Positions 27,905 through 37,035 of a stretch of 64,000 nt of DNA are shown piece by piece. Location: NCBI GenBank assembly GCA_021774615.1, contig JAJFIW010000003.1, positions 7,867 to 71,866 of the forward strand, written 5' to 3'. The DNA comes from Alphaproteobacteria bacterium. GTDB lineage: Bacteria; Pseudomonadota; Alphaproteobacteria; UBA1280; UBA6503. Position numbers and translations under genes: made by a program. How positions within the stretch are numbered: the stretch's first letter is position 1; every line of letters starts with the position of its first letter. Under the pieces are notes generated by a model. That model was not told the origin of the DNA. It saw only the letters and a program-made list of their open reading frames with translations, and did no database searches.

Positions 27905-29025
27905 AGGCTCTTATATAACTTATGATAAGCTTGGAGCATCTTCCCCAGAGAAAACTCTTTACGGACATAAGCCCTAGTATTAATAGAGCGACCTTGGCGG
28001 TATGATGGGTCATCGAGTAGTTTATCAAAGGCTTGTTTTGCTAAAGGGTTGTTGGGGTATAAAACCACACCACAACGGTTACCATTACTAAGCATTAAAG
28101 CATTTGCTGATGGCGCTAAAATAACTGGTAAGCCTGCGCTTTGTGCTTCTAAAATAGTAGTGTGGCGTTCTTCTATTCCACCTAGTAATATAAAAACGTC
28201 AGATGCTTTAAGGTATTCTTCAGGGTTATCTACGGCATCAATAAAATGTACAAAATCAGTCATTCTGTGCTGGGTTATAGATTTTTTTAGTTGTCTAATG
28301 TATTGTTTATCGGTGACTTTTCCAATAAAAAATAAGTGTTTACCTTCTGATAAAGGCAAACATTTTTCTAGTGTCTCTAGTTGGGCGTTATCTGGGTTTA
28401 TTTCAGCCATACAGCAAATAAGCGTTGCTTTTTCAGGTAAGCCTAATTCGCGCCTTATTGGGCGTTTTGATAATACAGGCTTAAACTGTTCGGTCTGGAT
28501 ACCGTAAGGAATATAAGCAACGTCTGACAAATTTTGTTTTCTGGCTGTCTCGAGTAAATTATTACTGCTAACAATCAATGGTTTAGATGCAAGAAGGGCT
28601 TTTTTATGAAGGCTTTTCTGCCAAAAATTTAGGGCATCCCCTGTAATGTCTTGTTCAGAGTTTGCATTAGAAATGGTTGGGATTTGTAATTTCTCAGGTA
28701 CCTTTGCAAGGAGACTGTAAGGCCATTTGCAACAAGTAAAATGTACAATATCAACAGTATGGTCTTTTGAAAGATATTTTTTAAGACGGCGCCGCATGTG
28801 TAGTGGCTGCTGAACAATATTAGGGAACCAACCATTTTTCTTGTTTATATGGATAGTGTTAATATTAGGGTGGATATTGTTAAGAGGGCTAGTGTTGACT
28901 TGCCCCACCATGATACTAACTTGTATTTCTGCAGCTGCAAAGGCAAGCGCTAACGTACCTGTTTGTTTTATCAGGTTAAAGTTATTTCCATCGGGGCATA
29001 CAAACAAAATGTGTAGTTTATCCAT
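27901..29025 (-). CDS. glycosyltransferase family 4 (GT-B fold)
   Basis: 374 aa with the C-terminal [14 protein letters not shown]... E-x7-E-like donor-binding region typical of GT4 enzymes. Confidence 0.7.
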   Translation of the reverse strand: MDKLHILFVCPDGNNFNLIKQTGTLALAFAAAEIQVSIMVGQVNTSPLNNIHPNINTIHINKKNGWFPNIVQQPLHMRRRLKKYLSKDHTVDIVHFTCCKWPYSLLAKVPEKLQIPTISNANSEQDITGDALNFWQKSLHKKALLASKPLIVSSNNLLETARKQNLSDVAYIPYGIQTEQFKPVLSKRPIRRELGLPEKATLICCMAEINPDNAQLETLEKCLPLSEGKHLFFIGKVTDKQYIRQLKKSITQHRMTDFVHFIDAVDNPEEYLKASDVFILLGGIEERHTTILEAQSAGLPVILAPSANALMLSNGNRCGVVLYPNNPLAKQAFDKLLDDPSYRQGRSINTRAYVRKEFSLGKMLQAYHKLYKSL

Positions 29026-29119
29026 CGAGGTGGAGAATAGCAGCCCGTAATCTATTCTACAATTGATTATTGGGGGGAATTTTATTATCCTGCAATTATA
29101 TAATAAAAAGGTTATCCAA

Positions 29120-29749
29120 ATGACAATTTCTGCTCAAGACTTCCGCCATTTTGCACATGATAGTTTAAACTATGTTGGGCGCATTCAAAGTGTGTCAGAC
29201 TTACTTGCATCTGATGATGAGGTAGATGCCGCTGAAAAGGCTCTTATCGAGCAAATAATTAATAAAGATGGGGCTAATATTACCAAAGCAATTCGTTTAT
29301 TTTGTTGGTGGGGGTGGGCAAGCTCAAAGCCAACATTGGAGATGTCTCAAATAGACCTAGCAATTACCATACAAGAGCTAATCCTAACCCACGCCGAGGA
29401 GAGGGTTAATACAGACATTGCTACTAATTTGCCAGAGATTAAAGCTGAAAAACAATTACTAGAAACTATATTCATGGAGCTTCTAAATAATGCTCTATTG
29501 CATCGAGAAGCCGAGTCAGAAGTTTCGCTAAAGCTAGAAAATACAGCAGGCGGAATTGCTTTATCTATTAAAAATAAAATAGTAACCCCACCACCACCAG
29601 ACTTCGAAAAACCATTTATTAAACAAGATGGTAGCACTGGTATGGGGATTGGTCTTGCCATGGTGGCAGCATCTACAGAATTATTCGGCATGCAGTTTAC
29701 TACCAAAGTTGAGGATGACAACTTTGTAGCACGGATTGTTATTAAATGA
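29120..29749 (+). CDS. minimal soluble histidine kinase (HisKA H-box + HATPase_c), orphan
   Basis: H-box FRHFAHDSLNYVGRI, N-box LLNNALLH and G-box GMGIGLAM; about 210 aa with no sensor or TM domain. ATG at 29120 with AAAGG upstream preferred over the track start. Confidence 0.55.
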   Translation: MTISAQDFRHFAHDSLNYVGRIQSVSDLLASDDEVDAAEKALIEQIINKDGANITKAIRLFCWWGWASSKPTLEMSQIDLAITIQELILTHAEERVNTDIATNLPEIKAEKQLLETIFMELLNNALLHREAESEVSLKLENTAGGIALSIKNKIVTPPPPDFEKPFIKQDGSTGMGIGLAMVAASTELFGMQFTTKVEDDNFVARIVIK

Positions 29750-29766
29750 AGTAGTATAAATTATTA

Positions 29767-29795
29767 AAGCCCAGCATTAGATGCTGGGCTTTAAT
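29767..29795. terminator. bidirectional Rho-independent terminator
   Basis: AAAGCCCAGCATTAGATGCTGGGCTTT. Confidence 0.5.
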
Positions 29796-29812
29796 AGTAA
29801 AACGTTAATAAG

Positions 29813-30058
29813 CTATTCTTTTTTCGGGAAGCATGCTTCCCGATGCTCAGGTTTGAGGTGTTCAACCTCAACCATTTCGCAAATCTTTGCTGTTGTTCTA
29901 TCTTCATGGGCATATTCCCAATACACCCAACTTACTGCATGGAACATGCCTATAATAAAGGCTATTCCAAGAGCTATGGATGCTAAGTTGATGCCGATTT
30001 TTTTTACTAAAGCTTCATTTCGGGCTAGTTTTGCTAAAGCTTCGTCTCGTGTAGACAT
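29813..30058 (-). CDS. hypothetical small membrane protein
   Basis: 81 aa with one hydrophobic helix (INLASIALGIAFIIGMFHAVSWVYW). No identifiable motif. Confidence 0.35.
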   Translation of the reverse strand: MSTRDEALAKLARNEALVKKIGINLASIALGIAFIIGMFHAVSWVYWEYAHEDRTTAKICEMVEVEHLKPEHREACFPKKE

Positions 30059-30156
30059 GGTTGTTTCCTTTGAAAAGATAAATAAGATTTCCCGTATAGG
30101 GAATAAAACAAAAAAGATATGGATATTAAAATTAATATTTCAAGGGTTATTGGATG

Positions 30157-31986
30157 CTACTCAACCGTAACCGACTTTGCGAGGTTTCGTGGTTGGTCAA
30201 CGTCAGTGCCTTTAATTACGGCCACATGGTAAGCTAGTAATTGTACTGGTAGTGCCATTAGAATTGGGGCAACAAATGGGTGGGCATCAGGGGTAATAAA
30301 TTTACCGCCGCTCATTTCTCCTGCTGTATCAGCAGCTGTTTTATCTGAGAGTAAATATACTCTGCCTTTTCTGGCTTGTACCTCGTGGATATTAGAGAGT
30401 GTTTTTTCTAGTAGCGCGCCACCAGTTGCTAATGCAATAATTGGCATTTTCTCGTCTACTAGGGCAATTAAACCGTGCTTCATTTCGCCAGCGGCAGCAC
30501 CTTCGGCGTGGATATAGCTAATCTCTTTTAACTTTAATGCGCCTTCTTGGGCAATGGGGAACAACGAATTGCGCCCTAAGTACAAGGCTGATGTTGCTGG
30601 TGCAATGGCTTCCGCCATTTCTAAAATTTCATTTTCTTTGTCTAAAATTTGCATCATCCGCTGTGGTGTTTGGATAAGTGCTTGTAGTAGGCTATGGCGA
30701 GTTTTATCGTCGAGCTTGCCCTTTGCTTCAGCTAGCTTAATTGCAAATAGTGCTAGCACTACTAGTTGGGTGGTAAACGCTTTGGTAGATGCCACGCCAA
30801 TCTCAGGGCCAGCAAAAGTTGTTAGTACTCCGCTAGCTTCTCTTGCAATAGTACTAGTTGGCACGTTTACAAGGCCTAAGGTGTGTTGGTTTTGTTCTTT
30901 AGCAAGCTCTAGCCCTGCAAGTGTGTCAGCAGTTTCGCCGCTTTGGGATATAAAAATACTAAGGCTATTTTTTATAAAAGGTGGCTTACGGTAGCGAAAC
31001 TCTGATGCTACATCTACATTAACTGGTGTGTCTGCTAATTCTTCAAACCAATAGCGGGCTACCATTGCTGCATAAGACGATGTACCACAAGCAATTAGGT
31101 TTATTTGCGCTATGTCGGCAAGGTTAAAAGGCATATTTGGTAATATAATATCTTGGTGGTTATCGCTAAGGTAGGCTTCAAGTGTTTTACTAATAGCATG
31201 TGGTTGTTCGTGGATCTCTTTAAGCATAAAATGCCGATAACCATCTTTACCAGTAATACTTGCCGATACATCTACAATGTTTTCTTGGCGAATAATTGTT
31301 TTGCCATCTGGGCGGTAAATTTTAATTTCATCGGTGCTTATAACTGCAATGTCATCGTTATCAAGATAAGTAATTTTATTGGTAAAAGGTGCTAAGGCAA
31401 TGGCGTCTGATGCAATATAGTTTGTACCATTCCCACGACCTGCTAAAAGAGGGCTACCACGGCGAGCAGCGAATAAAGTATTTGGTGTTTTATTAAAAAC
31501 AACCCCTAAAGCAAATGCACCCTCAACTTGGTTTAAGGTTTTAATAACAGCATCAAGCTCGTTCATACCATTTTTTAGGTTTTCGCTAATAAGAATTGGC
31601 AAAACTTCGGTATCAGTCTCAGACTTGAAAATATGCCCTTTAGCAATAAGTTTATCTTTAATCTCTTGGTAGTTTTCGATAATGCCATTGTGTACTACAG
31701 CGCATTTTTCAGACATATGGGGGTGGGCATTTTCTGTGGTTGGCTCACCATGGGTTGCCCAACGGGTGTGGCCAATAGCTAAAGAGCTACCTGCAGTAAA
31801 GGGGTTTTCAATAAATGCTTGCTTAAGGTTTAGTAATTTACCAACTCGGCGTGTTACGTCTATATTACCATTATGGATAGTGGCAATCCCAGCCGAGTCG
31901 TAACCACGGTATTCTAGCCGTTCTAAGCCAGTTAGAACATCATCGGTTGGATGGTCTGAACCTACAACACCAAAAATCCCGCACAT
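30157..31986 (-). CDS. glmS: glutamine--fructose-6-phosphate aminotransferase
   Basis: Starts MCGIFGVVG (N-terminal Cys nucleophile) and ends ...VDQPRNLAKSVTVE, both GlmS hallmarks. ATG at 31986; the track shows an upstream TTG. Confidence 0.9.
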   Translation of the reverse strand: MCGIFGVVGSDHPTDDVLTGLERLEYRGYDSAGIATIHNGNIDVTRRVGKLLNLKQAFIENPFTAGSSLAIGHTRWATHGEPTTENAHPHMSEKCAVVHNGIIENYQEIKDKLIAKGHIFKSETDTEVLPILISENLKNGMNELDAVIKTLNQVEGAFALGVVFNKTPNTLFAARRGSPLLAGRGNGTNYIASDAIALAPFTNKITYLDNDDIAVISTDEIKIYRPDGKTIIRQENIVDVSASITGKDGYRHFMLKEIHEQPHAISKTLEAYLSDNHQDIILPNMPFNLADIAQINLIACGTSSYAAMVARYWFEELADTPVNVDVASEFRYRKPPFIKNSLSIFISQSGETADTLAGLELAKEQNQHTLGLVNVPTSTIAREASGVLTTFAGPEIGVASTKAFTTQLVVLALFAIKLAEAKGKLDDKTRHSLLQALIQTPQRMMQILDKENEILEMAEAIAPATSALYLGRNSLFPIAQEGALKLKEISYIHAEGAAAGEMKHGLIALVDEKMPIIALATGGALLEKTLSNIHEVQARKGRVYLLSDKTAADTAGEMSGGKFITPDAHPFVAPILMALPVQLLAYHVAVIKGTDVDQPRNLAKSVTVE

Positions 31987-31990
31987 GGTA

Positions 31991-32758
31991 TTATGCCTCT
32001 TTTTTAACAAGGCAGCGTTGCTGGTAAATGGCTTCTGCTTCTTTTAATTGGCTTGGAGAGTTAACCCCTAATAATGCAAGCCCATCATCAACATGCAAAG
32101 TGTTTACGGCTAAGCCTCGGTCGCTAGCTAAAGCAATAATATCGGTAAGGTAAAACTCGCCACTGGCATTATCGTTAGATACATCTTTTAATAATTCAAA
32201 AATTAGGGGTGCTTTTACCATGTAAATCCCTGTGTTGATCTCATGGATTTGGCGTTGGGTTTCACTAGCGTCCCTATGTTCAATGATTTTTTTGAAATTA
32301 CCATTCTTATCGCGGATAATTCTACCAAGGCCTGTAGCATCATCAAGAGTGGTCGTGAGTACGGTAATAGCTTCGTTTTTAGAAATATGTTGAGTTTGCA
32401 AGTTTCTAACAAGGTGTGGCGTTACTAGCGGTACATCACCACTAAGGATGATTACATCACCAACAAAACCTTTAAGAGCTTGTTCTGTTTGTTGTACGGC
32501 GTGGCCTGTGCCTAATTGCTCGGCTTGGTACGCAAATTTAACTCCAGGGAAAGTAGCAGCAACATTACTTTTAACAGCATCTGCCTGATGGCCTACAATC
32601 ATAACAATTGGCTCTAGCCCTTTTGCAGCTTCTAGTACGTGGTGCACCATTGGGGTGTCTGCTAATGGGTGTAATACTTTAGCAAGGTCAGACTCCATAC
32701 GGCGCCCTTTGCCACCAGCAAGTACAATAACAGCTGTTGGGTGGTTTGATGTATTCAT
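31991..32758 (-). CDS. glmU: UDP-N-acetylglucosamine pyrophosphorylase: GlmU N-terminal uridyltransferase domain only, LbetaH acetyltransferase domain absent
   Basis: AVIVLAGGKGRRMESDLAKVLHPLADTPMVHHV..., QAEQLGTGHA, LSGDVPLV, EHRDASETQRQIHEINTGIY and GEFYLTDIIAL are collinear with the GlmU pyrophosphorylase domain (established family knowledge). The protein stops after the linker helix at residue 255. The glmS ATG follows 4 nt later. Confidence 0.8.
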   Translation of the reverse strand: MNTSNHPTAVIVLAGGKGRRMESDLAKVLHPLADTPMVHHVLEAAKGLEPIVMIVGHQADAVKSNVAATFPGVKFAYQAEQLGTGHAVQQTEQALKGFVGDVIILSGDVPLVTPHLVRNLQTQHISKNEAITVLTTTLDDATGLGRIIRDKNGNFKKIIEHRDASETQRQIHEINTGIYMVKAPLIFELLKDVSNDNASGEFYLTDIIALASDRGLAVNTLHVDDGLALLGVNSPSQLKEAEAIYQQRCLVKKEA

Positions 32759-32887
32759 ATAATTATCTATTTCCTATACTTTATAAAAAACGTGTTGGCA
32801 TCATACCGCACTGGAAGATTATTTTAAACATTAAACCCACTATTGTTGACAGCGTACTATAGGTTGTGCGATAAAATCAGGAGATAT

Positions 32888-33018
32888 AGTCAATTCTGGT
32901 TCAAACTGAATTGACTATGACTACAAGCCATCTTGTAGTCCATTAGCGAGTCTAAATGTAGCTTTGCTGCATTTTAAACGAGTGTAGTGCAATTTCAAAT
33001 GTGTAGCATTTGAAATTG
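32888..33018. promoter_or_regulatory. cluster of three perfect palindromes upstream of the methyltransferase gene (candidate operators)
   Basis: AGTCAATTC-N11-GAATTGACT (32888-32916), CTACAAG-N4-CTTGTAG (32921-32938) and CAATTTCAAAT-N7-ATTTGAAATTG (32990-33018). Confidence 0.3.
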
Positions 33019-33046
33019 ATATTTATATAATTAATGGTAGGTTGCA

Positions 33047-33637
33047 ATGCATCAGCACACACAAGATTACTACAATACAAACGCAGAAGAGTACTCCAAG
33101 CGGACATTAGCTATTAGTATGTCGGATGAGATTGACAGATTTGTTCCATATTTAAAGCATGGGGTAAGTATTCTTGATATTGGCTGCGGCTCTGGGCGAG
33201 ACTTACAAGCATTTGCAGATAAAGGCTTTGATGCTGCAGGTGTAGATGGCTCTAAAGAAATGTGCCAAATTGCTCGCCTTTTTACAGGGCGCAGGGTTTA
33301 TAACTACAAGTTTGAAGATTTCACCCCACCACGCCAATTTGATGGTCTTTGGGCTGGTGGCTCGCTAGTGCATACCCTAGATACTGACCTACCTGCATTG
33401 TTAACCAAAGTCTGGTCATGGTTAAAGCCGGGTGGCGTAATGTACGCCTCATTTAAAGATAGTAACGCCGCAGGTGTCGCAGCAGATGGCCGCTTTTTTA
33501 ATGGCTTTTCTCTTGACGAGCTAAAGCAATTATTTAGTACCCTTGAAGGTGTAGAAATTGTAGAAGTGTGGTCGGCTGCATCAAAAGTTAAAGAAAAAAT
33601 GTGGCATAACATTATTCTCCGTAAGAAAATATCATAG
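33047..33637 (+). CDS. class I SAM-dependent methyltransferase
   Basis: ILDIGCGSGRDLQAFADKGFDAAGVDGSKEM is a Rossmann-fold motif I (GxGxG) followed by an acidic motif II residue. 196 aa. Confidence 0.7.
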   Translation: MHQHTQDYYNTNAEEYSKRTLAISMSDEIDRFVPYLKHGVSILDIGCGSGRDLQAFADKGFDAAGVDGSKEMCQIARLFTGRRVYNYKFEDFTPPRQFDGLWAGGSLVHTLDTDLPALLTKVWSWLKPGGVMYASFKDSNAAGVAADGRFFNGFSLDELKQLFSTLEGVEIVEVWSAASKVKEKMWHNIILRKKIS

Positions 33638-33750
33638 TTTTGCCTTTCGTAAATTCTATTGTACATAAGCATCGAATATGTTTATAAGAAGGTAATGATT
33701 TAGTCGTTACCTTCCTTTCCTTTTTCTTCTTACTTTTTTGGAGACTTTTT

Positions 33751-34362
33751 ATGGAACCTGTATCCTTAGCTTTAGGGTTAGTGTTATCCTTAATTTTGGC
33801 CACTATGTTGGCAGTATTCATTCTAATACCAAACCCAATTAGAGATTTAATAATTGTTACCACAATTCTTTTTGTAAAAGCGCACGAGCGAGATGTCCCC
33901 AGCAATATGGTACATGTTGTGTACTACCATTGGTTTGGTAAAATAAAAACTTATTTAGGTGGCAGTAGCTATTATTATTTTACATCACGGTATTTACCAT
34001 TTCTTAGGGTTAAGAGAGTAATTAATTTGTCTATAAAAGAACCTCTCTCTCTTTCTACCTCTATGACTCAAGGTGGTAGAACTACAGAGTTAGAGACAAC
34101 ATTAAAAGTTATAGATTACATACTCTTAGCTAACCATGCTCGGAAGGTTCTCAAACAAGATGGTTGTCATGACGACATATACCGAGGTTATGATATCTCA
34201 GCAATTTTTATAAAAAGTATAGAATTAATAAGATCTATAACGCCAGAGTTATTAAACGCACACCACCTTAGTGGTTGCGTAAAAAATGAATTAGCAGCTA
34301 TAGGGCTCGCAATAGATGGCGAGCTAACTATTACTATTAAAGAAGATGAAGCTAGCAAGTAA
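33751..34362 (+). CDS. hypothetical protein with N-terminal hydrophobic segment
   Basis: 203 aa with GGAGAC RBS 7 nt upstream, an N-terminal TM-like segment and no recognisable motif; AT-rich. Confidence 0.35.
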   Translation: MEPVSLALGLVLSLILATMLAVFILIPNPIRDLIIVTTILFVKAHERDVPSNMVHVVYYHWFGKIKTYLGGSSYYYFTSRYLPFLRVKRVINLSIKEPLSLSTSMTQGGRTTELETTLKVIDYILLANHARKVLKQDGCHDDIYRGYDISAIFIKSIELIRSITPELLNAHHLSGCVKNELAAIGLAIDGELTITIKEDEASK

Positions 34363-34381
34363 ATATTAAAATTAGCGAAGC

Positions 34382-34415
34382 AAAAGAGCCATGTGTAACC
34401 CACATGGCTCTTTTG
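34382..34415. terminator. bidirectional Rho-independent terminator
   Basis: AAAAGAGCCATGTGTAACCCACATGGCTCTTTTG. Confidence 0.6.
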
Positions 34416-34419
34416 TTAT

Positions 34420-36555
34420 TTAAAATTTGAAAGATGCCTTAACTTGCCCAGTATGGCTTAAAAATTCGTCTTTAATCTGGGCATCATAACCAAATTGCAG
34501 AGTTATCATTTTATTTGCCGACTCAAAAGTAAAAGACGTACCTAGGTTAAGCGATTCTTCAGCTATTTGTACCTGTTGGTCAGACACAAACGCGCCACCA
34601 CCAAAAGCACGAGTGCTTTGTACTTCATCGCTAGCAAAGTCGTACATTAGGTTGGCATGTATTTCGGGGCGGTATGTATTCATATTGTATTTGTATGACC
34701 CCTCTAACCTAGCACCTATTTTACCTACCAAGGAATTTTTACTAGAGATAAGGTCTTGCACAGTGTTTACATTATCGCGCAGGGTAACTTTATCTTTGGT
34801 AATATGGGTGTAGTTTAAACCAGCCTCTGGGATAATATAAGTAGTATTTGCTACGTTAAACTTTTTACCAAACTTAATGTCAGCTCCATATTGATTGGTC
34901 GAGTAATCCCCCGACATCCGCCCAAAACCAAGTACATTTTGTGCTGTATTAACATCGTTAATACCAAAATGAACTGACCCTGTTATAAATGAGTCATCTA
35001 TTGTTTTGTCGCCATATAAAGCTAAAATATAGGTATTAACTTTAGCGTCAGAGTTTGCAAAGCTTTCGCCATTAATATCGGCATAGTTATAGCTAAATGC
35101 TAAGCCTGCACGGGTCCCTGTAGTAACTTCGTTATCGTAACCAATTGTGCCGCCAATGCTGTTGGCCTCGTAGCCTGCAATTCCTTTGCGTGCTCCTTGG
35201 TCAAGGGTGCTTGCAGTGCCTTGGAACCACATTTTATTATTTGCAGTAATATCACCTGCAGAAACACCTAAACTACCACCTCGTAAACTAGCAAGGCGAT
35301 TAGCAATACTTGTAGTAGTCACATGGAAAACTTCTGTCGCAGCATTGTTAATAGCACCTGCAACAACGTTTGCATCCCCTAGTTTGCCTACAGCTTCTTG
35401 AATTTGGGAGGGCGTACCAGCAACAGCAGTGTTTATAGCAGTTTGAACCGTAGCAGGAAGAGTAGCACCACTAGTAAGTTGGATTATTTTACCTGCATCA
35501 GTAGTGCTAACGCCTAAAGTTGTAGCAATTTGAGTTGTTGGTTTAGCAGCTCCTGCTGTAATTTCAACATTGGTACCATTAACAGCAACTGTGAAATTAC
35601 GAAACAAGTTATCAGCGTTAATGTTAGCTACATTTTCATCGGCATTACCAACTAGGTTATCAACTAGCACAACTGTCCCTGAACCAAAAGCAACATCAGG
35701 AATAACTGCAACATTACCTGTCATGTTTAAGGTTGTGCCTGTAAATACAGTTGTTGCATTAATAAATCCATCGCCAAGGTTAAGAGTACCCGTTTGTAAA
35801 GCAACGCTTGATAGGTCAACAGTTCCATTAAATGAAGCCGATGCCGCAGGGTTAGAAATATTAATTGTACCTGAATTATTTAGTATGCTTCCTGCCGTAA
35901 TGCCGTAAGTTCCTGCAGTTAGGTTGCCATTATTATTTATAATAGTGTTTGAAGTGGTAGCTAATGAATTTACAATAGAGGTTGTTCCACCAAGATCAAT
36001 CTGAGCAACAGCTGTAGCTGAATTACCAACCAAAGTAATACCTCCAGTTGTAATATCTCCTGAGACTAATAACGATGCATCTTTATCTGCTATTGTATTA
36101 TTAGATATAATAGTAATAAATCCTTCTCCAAGGTTTAGATCACCAGTAACATCAACAATAATGTCACTATTAGCTGCACCAAACCCACCTATTGCGGCTA
36201 TAGTTAAATTTAAATCCTGTCCAGTAGCTGCATTAATATTACCAATAACTTGTAAGGTTTGTGGCATAGCTACAGCTGATTGTAGTATGCTTAGGGATGA
36301 TGGCCCTGTATTGAAAAGCGTATTAATAGCATCAGGATCAACAGCTGTTTCACCAACAGTTCTATTGTTATCTATAAATATGGTTTCACCAGCGCCTGTA
36401 ATATTTAAATCTTTATTCTCATCACCAGCAATAAGTGGGGAATTAACAGCGAGCATCGCATCATCTACAACATCAGCAAAAGCTATGCTTGGCAAAGTGC
36501 TTATACCAATAAGAGCTGTTGTTGCTAGCAGTAGTGGCATTTGCTTAATTTTCAT
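34420..36555 (-). CDS. autotransporter (type Va) outer-membrane protein with T/N/G-rich passenger
   Basis: Signal peptide MKIKQMPLLLATTALIGISTLPSIAFA, a repetitive T/G/N/A-rich passenger of about 400 aa, and a C-terminal beta-barrel translocator ending ...GQVKASFKF (terminal aromatic residue). Confidence 0.75.
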   Translation of the reverse strand: MKIKQMPLLLATTALIGISTLPSIAFADVVDDAMLAVNSPLIAGDENKDLNITGAGETIFIDNNRTVGETAVDPDAINTLFNTGPSSLSILQSAVAMPQTLQVIGNINAATGQDLNLTIAAIGGFGAANSDIIVDVTGDLNLGEGFITIISNNTIADKDASLLVSGDITTGGITLVGNSATAVAQIDLGGTTSIVNSLATTSNTIINNNGNLTAGTYGITAGSILNNSGTINISNPAASASFNGTVDLSSVALQTGTLNLGDGFINATTVFTGTTLNMTGNVAVIPDVAFGSGTVVLVDNLVGNADENVANINADNLFRNFTVAVNGTNVEITAGAAKPTTQIATTLGVSTTDAGKIIQLTSGATLPATVQTAINTAVAGTPSQIQEAVGKLGDANVVAGAINNAATEVFHVTTTSIANRLASLRGGSLGVSAGDITANNKMWFQGTASTLDQGARKGIAGYEANSIGGTIGYDNEVTTGTRAGLAFSYNYADINGESFANSDAKVNTYILALYGDKTIDDSFITGSVHFGINDVNTAQNVLGFGRMSGDYSTNQYGADIKFGKKFNVANTTYIIPEAGLNYTHITKDKVTLRDNVNTVQDLISSKNSLVGKIGARLEGSYKYNMNTYRPEIHANLMYDFASDEVQSTRAFGGGAFVSDQQVQIAEESLNLGTSFTFESANKMITLQFGYDAQIKDEFLSHTGQVKASFKF

Positions 36556-36967
36556 TGGTAGTCTCCTGAATATTGTTTACTTCGTGAGACTTTTGCCAGT
36601 CTTCGTAGGTTTTATCAAGGTCGCCAAAAAACCAGACTGAAAATAATATTTGGGCAAAAAACAATATCCACATCGGGATAATAAAGCCCATTTTACTGGT
36701 TTTGTGGTTAAAAAACTTGCGCCCAACCAAAATAGCAGGGAAGCCACCTAGTAAGCCTAAGGTATGGAATGTCATCTCAGGGGTGCGGCTACCACCAAAT
36801 TTCGCGAATAGTTTATCAACCCCAAAACTAACAAACACAATAATGTTAATGGCAAAAAACCAACTGTAGATATATTCGATAATGATTACTTCAGACGCCA
36901 CCCAAGCTAAAAGAGCCACCAAGGTTAGGTGGTAGATAAGGGATCTGATTTTAAGACTTGTTAACAT
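36545..36967 (-). CDS. DUF1294-family membrane protein
   Basis: VDKLFAKFGGSRTPEMTFHTLGLLGGFPAILVGRKFFNHKTSKMGF matches the DUF1294 core (RIPE/GG.PGA...F.HKT.K). Confidence 0.6.
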   Translation of the reverse strand: MLTSLKIRSLIYHLTLVALLAWVASEVIIIEYIYSWFFAINIIVFVSFGVDKLFAKFGGSRTPEMTFHTLGLLGGFPAILVGRKFFNHKTSKMGFIIPMWILFFAQILFSVWFFGDLDKTYEDWQKSHEVNNIQETTNEN

Positions 36968-37035
36968 GATACGTAGTATAAACGAAAAATAGTTTTTTAT
37001 AAAGATAGAGTGTCTAATTATATGTATTTATTTAC

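Noticed and set aside
31986-31995. GlmU truncation as a frameshift or pseudogene
   Set aside because: The glmS initiation codon lies 4 nt after the glmU stop on the same strand, so no downstream sequence could encode the missing LbetaH domain. The N-terminal domain is fully intact, so I treated it as a genuine short GlmU.
35186-36640. Plus-strand ORFs within the autotransporter gene, and 50611..51246 / 51298..51954 within asmA
   Set aside because: They are antisense to confidently called genes. The translations are hydrophobic artefacts of the reverse strand of repetitive coding sequence.
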